Shown here: positions 1 to 12,339 of the stretch, piece by piece
Position numbering within the stretch: position 1 is the stretch's first letter
Layout of the letters: every line of letters begins with the position of its first letter
Assembly (NCBI RefSeq): GCF_006345805.1
Contig: NC_043000.1
Span: forward strand, 101,246,001-101,310,000
DNA from: Octopus sinensis
Taxonomy: Eukaryota
Direction: 5' to 3'
Length of the DNA stretch: 64,000 nt
Made by a program: the position numbers and the translations under genes
The notes under the pieces: model-generated
What the model was told of the DNA's origin: nothing
The model's database searches: none
Seen by the model: only the letters and a program-made list of their open reading frames with translations

Positions 1-243
1 TGAAGACATTACATAGTATCCAATATTGTAATGTTGTAGATTGAAGATATTTTACATATTAGAGGTCTGCACTGTCTGTCAAATCACAACAAAGAACTCA
101 GACAGACAGTCCTTTATGCAGTATGTGTACAGTACCAAGAAAAATCAATTTTTTGCAATACACCAAGGTTGTAGGATATTTCTAAAGTGTCCAGATGTTT
201 TTTCAGGCTGGGTGGTACTGAATCCAATGTTCCGATGATTACA
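1..243 (-). mobile_element. 3' end of a Dong/R4-type (REL-endonuclease) non-LTR retrotransposon
   Basis: Minus strand reads IIGTLDSVPPSLKKHLDTLEISYNLGVLQK, then after a frameshift IFLGTVHILHKGLSV*, matching the REL C-terminal pattern (V)IGALG...LQK..LLGTAHIL. Abuts (ATT)n at 244-300. Confidence 0.75.
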
Positions 244-246
244 TTA

Positions 247-302
<56 letters not shown>

Positions 303-539
303 ATCTTTCATTTCTATTTCCATTTCTTGCCAAGTGTCTTCCTAACACCTAGGGCAGAGGAACGTACAGTATACATTGTTAGGCGATTAAAATAAACACA
401 CCAGATTGTTCATTTACAGAGTCATGTGCTAGAGAAAAAAGGGGAAGACACAGAGAAAAAGGAAAAAAAATAAAAGATAAAAAAGTAAACAAATAAAATA
501 AAGGTGGGGGAAGAAATATCACAGCAACAATGCTCTTCT

Positions 540-656
540 CAATACATGTGACATACCATTTAAGACGATACATGTGACGTACCAGTTAAGACCATTCCTG
601 TGGCGTACCTGTTAAGACAATATGTGTGATGTACCAGTGAAGACAATACATGTGAC
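540..656. repeat. 26-bp minisatellite, about 4.5 copies
   Basis: caatacatgtgacataccatttaaga / cgatacatgtgacgtaccagttaaga / ccattcctgtggcgtacctgttaaga / caatatgtgtgatgtaccagtgaaga / caatacatgtgac. Confidence 0.9.
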
Positions 657-691
<35 letters not shown>

Positions 692-694
692 GTT

Positions 695-1138
695 AAGGCG
701 GCAAATTGGCAGAATTATTAATAGACTGGGTGAAACGCTTAGCAGCGTTTTGTCTGCTGCTACATTCTGAGTTCAAATTCTGCCGCGATCGACTTTGTCT
801 TTCAACCTTTTGGGGTTGATAAATTAATTATCAGTTGAGTACTGGAGTTGATGTAAGCGACTATCCCCACTCCCCCAAATTTCAGGCTTTGTGCCTATAA
901 TAGAAAAAATTATTATTATTATTATAATAATAAGGTGGTAAACTGGCAGAATTGTTAACATGCTGGGCAAAATGCTTAGCAGTATTTCATCTGTTGCTAT
1001 GTTCTGAGTTCAAATTCTGCCAAGGTCGACTTTGCCTTTCATCCCTTCAGGATTGATAAATTAAGTACCAGTGAAAAATTGGGTCGATGTAATCGACTAG
1101 CACCATCCCCCAGAATTTCAGGCCTTATACCTTTAGTA

Positions 1139-1140
<2 letters not shown>
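695..1140 (+). mobile_element. Two adjacent copies of tRNA-derived SINE family A (~215 bp each)
   Basis: Head aaggcggc...tggcagaa (A box), ttctgagttcaaattc (B box), body gtcgactttgcctttcatcc, tail caggccttgtgcc..gaaaag; flanked by (ATT)n. Confidence 0.85.
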
Positions 1141-1187
<47 letters not shown>

Positions 1188-1192
<5 letters not shown>

Positions 1193-1552
1193 TATGCCTT
1201 AGCAAATGCGGAGGTATTGTTTTCAGTCATGTTTGTTTGTTTGTCCATAGACAAGATATCTCAAGAATCACTGGATGGATTCGGCTGAAACTTTCAGGGA
1301 TGTTTGGCCTCGTGACTGGCACAAACTAATTAGATTTTGGGATCGATCTGGTGCTGGACAAGGATTCTGGAATATATTTCCTTTTTTTTAATTTAATTTT
1401 TGAGAGTGGTTGGATTCATTTTTAGCATTCTCATTTGTGAGAGCTGTTGAGTTTATTTCAGATATTCTCATTTTAAAAATCATCTCTGTCTAATCCTTGA
1501 GAGGACGTTGGTGTTGCCTAGGCAGAGGTTTTCCCTCTCTGAGTGCTCTTGT
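1188..1552 (+). mobile_element. Helentron/DINE-like non-autonomous element
   Basis: 5' subterminal hairpin tacctatgcctt..gcggaggta, (TTTG)n core, and 3' copy gccttaggcagaggt..ctctgagtgctcttgtt; the usual HINE layout. Confidence 0.55.
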
Positions 1553-2350
1553 TATTATTATTATTATTAGTATTATTCGTGTCTCTATACTTACAAAAAT
1601 GATGATAGTTTCCATTAATTATGGAGAATGGCATATAATCTTTTCACAATAGTTTGTGTAATCATTAACATATTTCTTACTTAATGACTTTGCAATGTCT
1701 GTTTAATAGCGAAATATATTACAGGTAAAATATTACATTTTATGCTAAAACATTACCAATAACTCATAACTGCCAACTGCAAAAACATTGGTGACAGCAA
1801 TAAATAAATACTCAGACACAGCATTTTAATTATAACATGTTTTATTAGCCTACTTTATGGTTTAATGATGGTTATAAAAATATAATTAAAAATGACGTAA
1901 CTATATTTACAAAAATATTACAAAATTAGTTACGAAACATTAAAAGATTTACACGTAATAATTATCATTTCAAAAGTTCTTTTATCATAATATTAATAGT
2001 AAGAACTCTGATTTTCATGAAGACTTTCTTGCTTTTCATTGTAATTTATTAGTATAATATGTTTAACTTTTGTTTCTTGTCTTATTTAACGCAACATAAA
2101 ACTGTTCACAGCTAAAACATTGGCAGACAGCTTCCTAATTCCACTCTTTTTCATCAGCCTGAAGAGCAAACAAAAACACATTCCTAGTTATATGTGGATA
2201 AACTCCGCCTCTCTCTCCTCCCTCCTCCTCCTCCTCCTCCTCTTCTTCAACACTAAGGGAAGTAACTCAAATAGAATAATATGGTAACGATGATAGCACA
2301 AGTGTTGATGGTGACATTGGTGTTCATAACAGGGTATGGAAGAAAGATAA

Positions 2351-2389
<39 letters not shown>

Positions 2390-3343
2390 AGAATTAGTGG
2401 GGTTAATGAAGAGATAGACAGAGAGCAAACAAAAGAAAAGGAGAGGGAGTGAAAGCGAGAGAGTAAAACAGAGGATTCACAGATGAGAGAGCCTAAGAGG
2501 GGTGGTTAAGGTAAACATGCAAGAGAAAGTGAATGAAAGTAATATAAAAATTTAAGCACAAAAAGGGCAGGAAAGATGGAAGATGAAGTAAAGTTTGTGA
2601 CATCACTGATCTTAATTAATCTCACATTCCCCCTCCCCTATGCACCTATGTAACTGATGTGTTTTTAGAATACACAGCTTAATGTGGGAAGCTACTATAC
2701 TTTGTTCACTACAATTATTGGTTCAAATTTACTCATACAAACTTTTTACTGAAAGGAAAATAAGGATGGAATATAGCATATTAAGATTTATTGAAGCTTT
2801 ACCAATGTAGCTGTATGACAGTTGAATATTATAACCAAACTAGCTGGCCCTGTGCCATCAAAAATGATGGCTAATTGTAGTATTTTATATATAAATAAGG
2901 TACAAAATAAGGTACATAATAATCACAGATACAAACATTCACATACTTCCCTTGTACATGCACATGCATACACACATATACTCATACAAAGTTGAAATGC
3001 TGTTTGATTTTTCTTTTCAGTGTTGAATGTTCACTTCCAGTTTGATATCACCCCTTCCTTTCTCATTCATATGTTGTGATGGAGAAAAACACAAGAGTAT
3101 TATTATAGTAGATTATGTCTTTCATATCATTCTATAGTTAGCATTTACTGGTTGACGTACAGAATAAAATACTAGATTACAACTCTCAAGGTACAACAGG
3201 TGATAAATGTATAACAAGAGCTATCGTTTTCATAGGTGTTATCACCTAAGGATACTCATTTAATCCTATATGGACTTTTAGATCATCGAATGAAGCTAAT
3301 CTTTCAAGCAAAATATAGTTTAAAACGAAATTATTTATCTCAT

Positions 3344-3571
3344 GTAAAGGTTATTTACCAACCTAATGTGGCAGTTCCTGTTGGGACAAATGCTATTTTG
3401 GTTTAGCCCCAGGAGACATCGTCTCCAACTGGTTATATGACACACAATCTATATCCAAATGCTACTGTTGTGAGTCGTATAGCCTGTTGGAAACGATACC
3501 TCCTGGGACTAAACAACAGTAGCATTCATCCTAACAGGGATTGCCACATTAGATTGGCAAATAACCTTTAC
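3344..3571. mobile_element. Fold-back (fully palindromic) MITE, ~228 bp
   Basis: gtaaaggttatttaccaacctaatgtggcagttcctgttggg... pairs with ...cctaacagggattgccacattagattggcaaataacctttac over ~100 bp per arm, with a ~20-nt loop. Confidence 0.8.
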
Positions 3572-3984
3572 TTTAAAGTACTCCTACTGAATATCTCTTG
3601 TTGAGAGATTTAGGAACAATAATGTTTCTATTTATATATCTCATGGGTCTCCATAAAATTCCAATCACCTTACAGTTTTCAACATAACCATGGTATTTCC
3701 AAAGGTACTACTACATTCAATGCCCCTGTGGCAAGGTAGTGAGATGGCAAAATTATTACCATGTAGGACAAAATGATTTGTAGCATTTCTTCTGACTTTA
3801 TAATCTGAGTTTAGACTTCACCAAAGTCAACTTTGTCTTTCGTCCTTTTAGGATCAATAAAATAAGTATCATTTGAACACCGAGGACAACGCAATTGACT
3901 AGCATCTCCCCCATGACTTTTCAGGCTTTATGCCGATAATAGAAAAGATTATTGAGTTGACTCAGGTTTGGTCTTCTTCCTAGT

Positions 3985-4290
3985 AGGATTTATGTGGGTA
4001 GTGGGTTACTACCTGTAACCTTGTGTATCCACAAGTTTTCAGTAGTCTTTCAAGTGCTTAGAACCCTCCGGATAATCTTTCCTCTCCCTAAGAGGCAAAC
4101 CTTCTGTAGAAGCTCTATGGGACATTCTATTCCAATATCCTTCAACCATTTGTCTACATCTTGACTTACAATTCCCAAGGCACCAGTAATTATCGGCACA
4201 ACCTTTATAGTTTTCATACTCCTAATTCTTTCAATTTCAAATTTGTTTTTGTCCTCTTTCTTTATGATCCTGGAATCAAATAGACAAAGG
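3985..4290 (-). mobile_element. Dong/R4-type LINE 3' fragment
   Basis: Minus strand: FEIERIRSMKTIKVVPIITGALGIVSQDVDKWLKDIGIECPIELLQKVCLLG, then KIIRRVLST* in a shifted frame. Confidence 0.8.
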
Positions 4291-4319
4291 GCCTCTCCTC
4301 CTTCTCCTCCTCCTCCTTA

Positions 4320-4540
4320 TAAGGTAGTGGATGTGTAGAATTGTTTCTGTATCAGACAAAATGCTTAATGGCATTTCATCCAGCTCTATGTTCTGAGTTC
4401 AAATACAGCTGAGGTCAGATCTGCTGTTCATCCTTTCAAGTTAGATAAAACTAAGTATCAGTTAAGTACTGGGGTTGATGAAAATGACTTGCCCATTTTT
4501 CCTAAAATTGCTGGCCTTGTGCCAAAAGTTGAAACAATTA
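4320..4540 (+). mobile_element. SINE family A copy
   Basis: B box ttctgagttcaaata; tail gctggccttgtgccaaaagttgaaac, followed by ATT repeats. Confidence 0.75.
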
Positions 4541-4562
4541 TTACTATTAATATTATTATTAT

Positions 4563-5676
4563 TGAATGAGAGAGAGCAGTGCATGCCATCAAAGTAGTGC
4601 ACCTGAGCACTGTACACAATGTTTTATTATTATTATTTTAAAGTGACACTGGGGTAAAATATACAAAGGCCAGTATGCCCATCATGACTACCCGTCTGAT
4701 AAGTGTACCAGAGGCACATGCATTTCAACTATATGTGCATGACATAGTCATCTCATATGAAGATAAACAGCACATGACCTTGCAGGAGGGGGCCCAATTA
4801 GGATTTTCTTCAGGTCAAGCAGCCCATCCTGCTCAAAAGGTCCCTGAATAAGGGTTGTTTAAGAATGATGAACAAAACACCCATGTTTCTAAAACTGAAT
4901 TATCCAAACCTCAAAGAATTCCTCTCGACACATGACTTTGATGCTCCCCAACTACTTCTGCTCATGATCAGAGATGCACATATCATCAGCCACTAAGTGA
5001 CATGCTCAAGCAACTGACATGTAAATCTGTGGTATAGAGTAGAATACTTGTTGTAGCCCCTGGTACTGCATCAGGGCATTTTATTATTATTACTATTATT
5101 ATTATTATTATTATTATTGAGTGAGAGAGCAGTGCATGCCATCAAAGTGACACTGGGGTAAAATATATAAAGCCCAGTATACCCATCATGACTAACCGTC
5201 TGATAAGGGTACACTAGGCACATGCATCGCAACCATATGTGCGCGACATAGTGATCTCATATCGAGTTAAACAGCACATGACCTTGCAGGTGGGGCCCAG
5301 TTAGAATTTTCTTCAGGTTGAGTAACCCATCCTGCTCAAAAGATCCTTGAATAAGGGTTGTTTAAGGATGTTGAACGGAACACCCATGTTTCCAGAGGTG
5401 AATTATTCAAACCCCAAAGAATCCCTCTCAACACATGGCTATGATGCTTCTGCACTACTTCTGCTCATGATCAGAGATGCACATATCATCAGCCACTAAG
5501 GGACATGCTCAACTGGTTAAGGTCAAACAACTGACAAGCAAATCTGTGGTATTGAGCAGAATATTTGCTGTAGCCCATATTTTATACCAAGACAAAACAG
5601 TGTACATGATAACACTTCCAATCAATTAAGATCAGAAGCCATGAGAGCCACCGACTGGTACTGCATCAGGGCATTT
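4563..5676. repeat. Two adjacent copies (4563-5088, 5117-5676) of a ~550-bp (ATT)n-flanked interspersed element
   Basis: Both start gagagagcagtgcatgccatcaaagt and end ctggtactgcatcagggcattt; a third partial copy lies at 61629-61950. Confidence 0.85.
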
Positions 5677-5692
5677 AATATTATTTTTATTA

Positions 5693-5735
<43 letters not shown>

Positions 5736-5754
5736 TATTATTATTATTATTATA

Positions 5755-6175
5755 TGGAATGTGTCAGCTGTCCACAGGCAGTAGACTAAGGTGACACTTG
5801 TTTACTGGTCATGCTTCAAGAACCCTGTGAAGAATTCTTGCAGTTCCAAGCAATGCTGATTTTTTGTAGGTATTCTAATATCACACTTGCACCAATCTTT
5901 TTTAGCCATGTTGGTGGTTGAGTGCTGATACTTCCAAGTGCACCAATTACTATTGGTATTAAGTCTTCTCTCTTCATTGACCACAACCTTTGTATTTTCC
6001 ACTTCAAATCGTCATAGTTGTTTTATTTTTCCTTCTTCTTTCACATTGATCCTGTTGTCACCGGGGCATGCTAAATCGATCATCACACATTTTCTTTCTG
6101 TTTTATTCACCACAACAATGTCTGGTTTCCAGTGTCTGGTTGGGTGATCAAAGTGGATCAGTGCATTCTACAGGA
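5755..6175 (-). mobile_element. Dong/R4-type LINE 3' fragment including the REL endonuclease motif
   Basis: Minus strand: DHPTRHWKPDIVVVNKTERKCVMIDLACPGDNRINVKEEGKI, then YDDLKWKIQRLWSMKREDLIPIVIGALGSIS...LEYLQK (PD..D..E/K REL signature). The 3' end runs into (AAT)n. Confidence 0.9.
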
Positions 6176-6235
6176 TTTTGCAATTTCAATTATCATCATC
6201 ATCATCGTCATTGTTATTATTATTATCATCATCAC

Positions 6236-6670
6236 TAAGGTGGCGAGATAGCAGGATCGTTAGCACACTGGGTAAAATGCTTTGCAGCATTTCATCGATC
6301 CTCGCATTCTGAGTTCAAATCTGCCAAGGTCAACTTTGCCTTTCATCCTTTTGGTGGGGTCAATAAAATAAGTATCAGTTAAACATGGGTTGATGCAATC
6401 AACTCATCCCCTCCACCAAAACTTCTGCCTTGTGGCAAAATTTGAAACCCTTATTATTATTACTTAAGGTGGTGAGTTGGTGCAGCAGTCAATATGCTTA
6501 GAAGCATTTTGTCTGTCTTTAATTCTGTGTTCAAATGCTGCCATGGTTGACTTTATCTTTCATCTTTTAATGAGGTTGATAAAATAAGAAGCAGTTGAAC
6601 ACTGATATTGATGTGATTGACTTACTCCTTCCCCAGAAAACTGTCAGCCATGTGCCAAAATTTGAAACCA
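6236..6670 (+). mobile_element. Two SINE family A copies
   Basis: Same A/B boxes and tail as 695-1140. Confidence 0.75.
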
Positions 6671-6871
6671 TTATTACTACTATTATATTTTTTTTATTGC
6701 TTTTTCCTCAGGATGGTTCTTATAACCTGGTCACTTTTTTTGCTTTGATTGCAGGTTACAACTTGTTGACTCCCCTTTGCTTTTTTGCCATTCATTTTAG
6801 TCAATCAAATCATTGTGTACCCATTGTTGTATTTTAATTGTTCTCAGTAAATAAACTCATTACCATAGCGC

Positions 6872-6960
6872 TCACTCACAATCTATTCTGATATTTTCTG
6901 TCCATTTTGCAATATTGTCTATCACTGTCTCTAATGCTCCTACAATTAATAGTATGATAG
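6872..6960 (-). mobile_element. Short Dong/R4-like 3' remnant
   Basis: Minus strand AIILLIVGALETVIDNIAKWTENIRIDCE resembles the PIVIGALG..W..IGI segment of the other copies. Confidence 0.5.
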
Positions 6961-6999
6961 CCTCCTTCTCCCCCTCTGCCTCCTCCTCCTCCTCCAGGC

Positions 7000-7210
7000 A
7001 GAAGTCTGGCAGAATTGTTAGCACGCTGCACAAAATGCTTTGTAGCATTTCAGCTGTCTTTACGGTTCTGAGTTCCAATTCTGCTCAGGTTGACATTGCC
7101 TTACATCCTCTTGGGATCGATAAAATAAGTACCAGTTGAGCACTGAGGTCAATGTAATCGACTAGTCCCCCCTCCCACAAAACTTCAGGCCTTGTGCCTA
7201 TAGTAGAACA
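7000..7210 (+). mobile_element. SINE family A copy
   Basis: ctggcagaattgttagcacg...ttctgagttccaattc...caggccttgtgcctatagtagaa. Confidence 0.8.
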
Positions 7211-8044
7211 GATTATCATTATGATTATTATGATTATTATTATCATTACTATTTTTAAAATTATTATTGTTATTATTATTATTAATAATAATAATTTCTA
7301 CAATCAAATAACAATAGATAATTCAGATAACTTAGTACAAGATATGCAAAGTCTTTTCAGACATGTTCTTTTCTCGAATAATTCTTTCTTCTCATCTTTT
7401 TGGTGCAATATACTTGAGGTTTTTTTTATACAATAAATAGCAAATAGTATGCAAGCATGTATATCTGTGTATACGCTTGCTTCTGAGCCTGTGTGTATCA
7501 GGAATAGAAAGCGAGGAGAAAGAGATTGGGTAGGAGAGAAAGAGAGAGTTTGAGAGAGGAAGAAATGGAAAATATCTATTGTTATATCATTTTGCTTTTG
7601 GTAAAAAGGAAAACAAAAAGTAGAAAGATAATGTATACATTTGGTATGGCTATCTCTAATCTAGTTCTTCGTGTGTATGTCTGTGATTATATCTGTTCTG
7701 ATGGTAGATAGTATGTTTAATTTTGTGTGCTTGTGTCAATATATATAACAGAATTTTTATAGAATTATATCATATTTACGGAAACATATTTTGCTGGCTT
7801 CTAACAATTTAGCAAGTTTGAAAAATAGTAAAAATATCTGTCAAGAATTTTGTAGATTCTTAACCCCTGGCATGTAAATATTTCTGAAATTTTTCACTTT
7901 TTTGTATTTATTTTTTTGATAGAGTGAACTAGCATTTATCAGAATTTTTATTATTTATTTATTCATTTATTGTTAATCTGTTGTGAATCTCATTGCTATT
8001 TATATTCTAACTCTTTACTTAAGAACCAGAATACTCTTGGTGGT

Positions 8045-8862
8045 AATATCATAGAACATTATAAAGGCAGCAAGCTGGCTGAACTGTTAGCACGCTAGGC
8101 AAAATGTTTAGCGGTATTCTATCTGCCTGTACATTCTGAGTTCCAATTCCGCTGAGGTCAACTTTACGTTTATCCTTTCAGGGTCAGTAAAATAAGTACC
8201 AGTTAAACACTGGGGTTGATGTAACTGACTTAACCCTTTCCCCCGAAATTGCTGGCTTTGTGCCAAAATCTGAAATCCCTATCATAAAACATTATAAAGG
8301 TAGCGGGCTGGTAAAATCACTAACATGTCTAGCAAAATGCTTATCAACATTTTGTCCATCTTTACATTCTGAGTTCAAATTCCACCAAGGCCAGCTTTGC
8401 TTTTCATCCTCTTGGGGTCAATAAAATAAGTACCAACTGAGCACTGGAGTCGATGTAATTGACTTACCCCCTCCCCCAAACTTGCTGGCCTTGTGCCAAA
8501 CGAATATTAAACAACACTATAAAGTCACAATGAGCAGATTTGTTAGTATATCAATCAAAATGCTTAGAGCATTTCTTCTAACACATTACATTCTGAGTTC
8601 AAATCCTGTTGAGATTGACTTCACTTTTCATCTTTTTGGGGGCCAATAAAACAAGTATCAGTTGAGCTCAGGGGTCAATGTAATTGACTTACTCTTTTCT
8701 CCTGAAATTGCTGGCCTTGTCCCAAAATTTGAAACCATTATTATACAACAGTATGAAGGCAGCGAGCTGGCAGAATCATTAGCAAACTGGACAAAATGTT
8801 TTGTGGAATTTCATCCATCTTTACATTCTGAGTTCAAATTCCACCAAGGTTGACTTTGCCTT
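8045..8862 (+). mobile_element. Head-to-tail array of about 3.5 SINE family A units (~230-bp period)
   Basis: Units start near 8064, 8297, 8520 and 8756; the first two share the upstream junction atcata(g/a)aacattataaagg. Confidence 0.8.
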
Positions 8863-9012
8863 TACAATTTAAAAAAAATTCAGAAAATAATTAAAACTAT
8901 GGATAACTCAGCAGAGTTTAATGGAAAACATAGGCACACAATTGAAGCTTTATTAGGAACATCAGAACACTTCCACATGGGATCCATTGGGATTAACTGA
9001 TCTCAAATTTAA

Positions 9013-9231
9013 CCCTTTTGTTACTATATGTATTTGAGATGCTTTGTGTTTCTTTCAATTACTTTAAATATAACCAAAGATTTAGTAAAATAACTTAGTT
9101 ATCATTCAACTAGTGTTAGGAACATAAATTGTGACTAAGGCTTGGTGGAAGATTTTAATTCAAAACTTATGAAAACAAGATTTTTGTACCCAGAGCCAGA
9201 GCTGGTTTCAGACTGGTTGGTAATGAAAGGG
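9013..9231. mobile_element. piggyBac-type MITE (family 1)
   Basis: TTAA at 9009-9012 and 9232-9235; TIR cccttttgttact / ggtaatgaaaggg. Related copy at 48622-48841. Confidence 0.75.
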
Positions 9232-9538
9232 TTAATAGATATAACAAACTGTGGAAGTTGTGAAGATAAGCTATGAATACCACACACATATAACTATGCT
9301 GTCTGTTGTTTCCAGCTGAAATAACAAAATATCATTCAAGAAGTAATGAAATTTTGATGGAAATTTCTCTTAAAATATGAACACTTTAAAATGGCTAGTG
9401 ACAAACTGTTGGTTATATATATATGTGTGTGTATGTGTGTGCACGTGTGCACACTTTCAATTGAATAAGAAGTCATGTAGAAGCATCCTCATTTGTTCAC
9501 AGGCCAATTTGAAATAGTGATAGGGGTAATGATGGTGA

Positions 9539-9578
<40 letters not shown>

Positions 9579-9681
9579 GCCTGCTCGCTTAGCCAACAGA
9601 GTGGCATCACTTGAAGGCTAAAACAATGCAAAACGCATTGTGACCAGCGATCTGATAGCCTGGTCGGTCACGGTGATCACG

Positions 9682-9730
<49 letters not shown>

Positions 9731-10027
9731 GAAAAGAAGACAACTTCTTGATTTTTTTAAAAACCAACTCTGCTTTCAAAAAGTGGCAGTTGGTGATACC
9801 AAGTTCAAATGAGTAAGTAAGATAATCCCAAGACACTAGAATTCTCCAGAATTGACATAACATTAAAGAAAAGTACAGTCTGGTTATCAGAAAACAAGAA
9901 AACATCTGTGCACATATTTTTACCTTGTTAATTGTCATCAGCACAGCAGTTGTCCTAGCCTTACTCTACCTTCAAAAGACGAGACTCTTAGATATATATA
10001 AAATGGAGTAGAATACATTCATAGCCT

Positions 10028-10186
10028 AAGGCGAAGGCATGGCTGTGTGGTAAGAAGCTTGCTTCTCAACCACGGGATTCTGGGTTCAGTCACACTGCGT
10101 GGCTCCTTGGACAGGTGTCTCCTATAGCCCCAGGCCGACCAAAGTCTTGTGATTGTATTTGGCAGATGGAAAGTGAAAGAAGCTTG

Positions 10187-10226
<40 letters not shown>

Positions 10227-10410
10227 GTGTGTGTGTCTGTGTTTGTCTCCCCTCTTCACTGGTGCTGGTGTGTTTACATCCTGATAACATAATGGCTCAG
10301 CAAATGACCGATAGAATAAGTAGCAGACTTTAAAGTAATGGGGTCAACACATTCGATTAAAAATTCTTCAAGGCAAGGACCCCAGCATGGCCGCAGTCTA
10401 ATGGCTGAAA
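10028..10410 (+). mobile_element. tRNA-derived SINE family B (~380 bp, with internal TA/TG microsatellite)
   Basis: Head gcatggctgtgtggtaagaagcttgc, B box gggttcagtc, core ccttggacaggtgtc, tail ccagcatggccgcagtc..gaaac..aaaagat. Many other copies occur in the window. Confidence 0.85.
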
Positions 10411-10562
10411 CATGTAAAAGATAAAAGATAAGGAATTTGTACAAAAGGAATGGACGTGATCTAAAAGAAATAATTCAGAGACCAATGGCGTGTATTTGAA
10501 CAACAAAGACAAATAAAGTTATATTAAATAACATACATGATAACATGTCCACTTGTTTTTAG

Positions 10563-10695
10563 ACAATCAGACAGTCCCTTCCATAATGACATGTTAATTT
10601 TGGAGAAATTCTTGTTTCTTGGGATTTTCTCCCCTTCTCACTTGAGGCTGGAACCAACTGCTTTTGAGCAATTGGTCTACCTTCTCTGGAACTAG
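10563..10695 (+). CDS. Weak candidate terminal exon (unknown protein)
   Basis: Acceptor ccacttgtttttag, then a phase-1 frame QSDSPFHNDMLILEKFLFLGIFSPSHLRLEPTAFEQLVYLLWN*; AATAAA at 10706-10711. No homology recognised. Confidence 0.2.
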
Positions 10696-11409
10696 AGATG
10701 TTTTCAATAAATCAAGAATTCATCTTGCATACTATTTTGTATATTTATAAGTGTATGTCTGTATGTACATATATATATATGTATGTATATATGTATATAT
10801 ATATATATATGTATAATGTGATAATATTAGCAAGTAAACAAGCAGCTAAATAATAATGAAAATGATGTTTACACATACTTGGGTAAATGTGTATGTGTGA
10901 TTGACTGCTAATGTGTTTATGTACACATCCATACACACTCACACAATGTTTTAAATATTAATAAAATTAAAAAATTTTTTAGAAAAACAACAGAAACCAC
11001 AAACTAACAAGCAAACAATATTTTCTAAGTAGGATAATAAATATTGACTTTATGTTTTCCTTTTAATCATAATAAATAAATTGAATTTATTCAAAAGCGG
11101 GAACTACACTGACGAGTCTTCAATGAAAGACATGGCTATCATATACGAATAAAAACACCAATATTGCTTTGATCTTAATACAGCAATCTCACCAATAAGA
11201 TTGAGAGGAATATGTATCAAAGGGGAATAACTACATAAAGATTTTGATCTGAGGGCCAGAGATTAAAAAGACTCTGATATCGTAAACATTATAGAATTAT
11301 AATGGCCATGGCGCCACGGACACTTCATTAGATTCATAATCTATTTTGGAGGTTCCAAAGCGATGTTTATATATTATCTTGTATTTTATTGAAATGGTTT
11401 TTATGTTTT

Positions 11410-11940
11410 GTGGCTGCAGCGTGTTTTCAGTATTCTGTTGCAATGACTGAGTTATGTTGTGTTGTGTGTTTTCTCTTGTAGAGACTCTGTTGAGTTGTGT
11501 TGTCAGTGATTGGTTGTAGTGCTGTGAGTATTCTGTTCTAGAGACTGTGTTGTGCCGTCAGCTTTCTGCTGTAGTGGCTGTGTTATGTTGTGTTGTGTTT
11601 TGTCGTTACTATTTTGTTGCAGTGACTCTGTTGTGCCATGAGTATTCTGTTGCTGTGACTGTGTTGTGTTGTCACTAATTTGTTGTAGCAATTGTTGTGT
11701 GCTGTGAGTATTCTGTCGTAGTGACTATGTTACATTGTGTTGTGAATATTCTGTTGTTGGGACTGTGTTGTGCTGTCACTATTTTGTTGTGGGGGACATG
11801 TCCTGATGTGTTGTAAGTATTCTGTTGAAGTGATTATGTTATGTTGTATTGTGAATATTCTGTTTTAACAACACTATTGTGTTTAGATGTCAGTATTTTA
11901 ATGTAGTGACTTTATTGTGTTGTGAGTAATTCTGTTGTAA
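11410..11940. repeat. Degenerate TG-rich minisatellite
   Basis: Recurring tgtgagtattctgtt / gtgactgtgttgtg units. Confidence 0.8.
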
Positions 11941-12339
11941 TGCTAGTTAAATATATTAATACTTTTTAGTGTGCATGGGTGTATTGTTGTTGTTGTTGAT
12001 ATTGTTTATTCCCAACAGAGATGTCATATCATCATCAGCTTTCCAACCGTCCACCATGCCATCTATTTTATTCAGACAAGGCATGTTTGTTATGTAAGTC
12101 TATTTTAAAGGTTGCAAGATTCAATTTGAGGAAAATTTGACGGCTTTTTCTTAAAGATCAAATGAAGATGTAGAACAGATGTTTTCAACCATTGGTATTG
12201 TGAGCCCTGTATGCTCCACACCTGTACCACACATAATCAATAGGTGTGCTTTTTATGGTTCATGGGTGTACCTCAAATTTCTGAGACAATGAATGAGCAA
12301 ATGTGCTGGGATTTAGGAAGACTCAAGTGTCTTCTTCAT

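Noticed and set aside
540-656. Short regular repeats (also 23349, 54925) as CRISPR arrays
   Set aside because: Eukaryotic context, no unique spacers and no cas genes; they are minisatellites.
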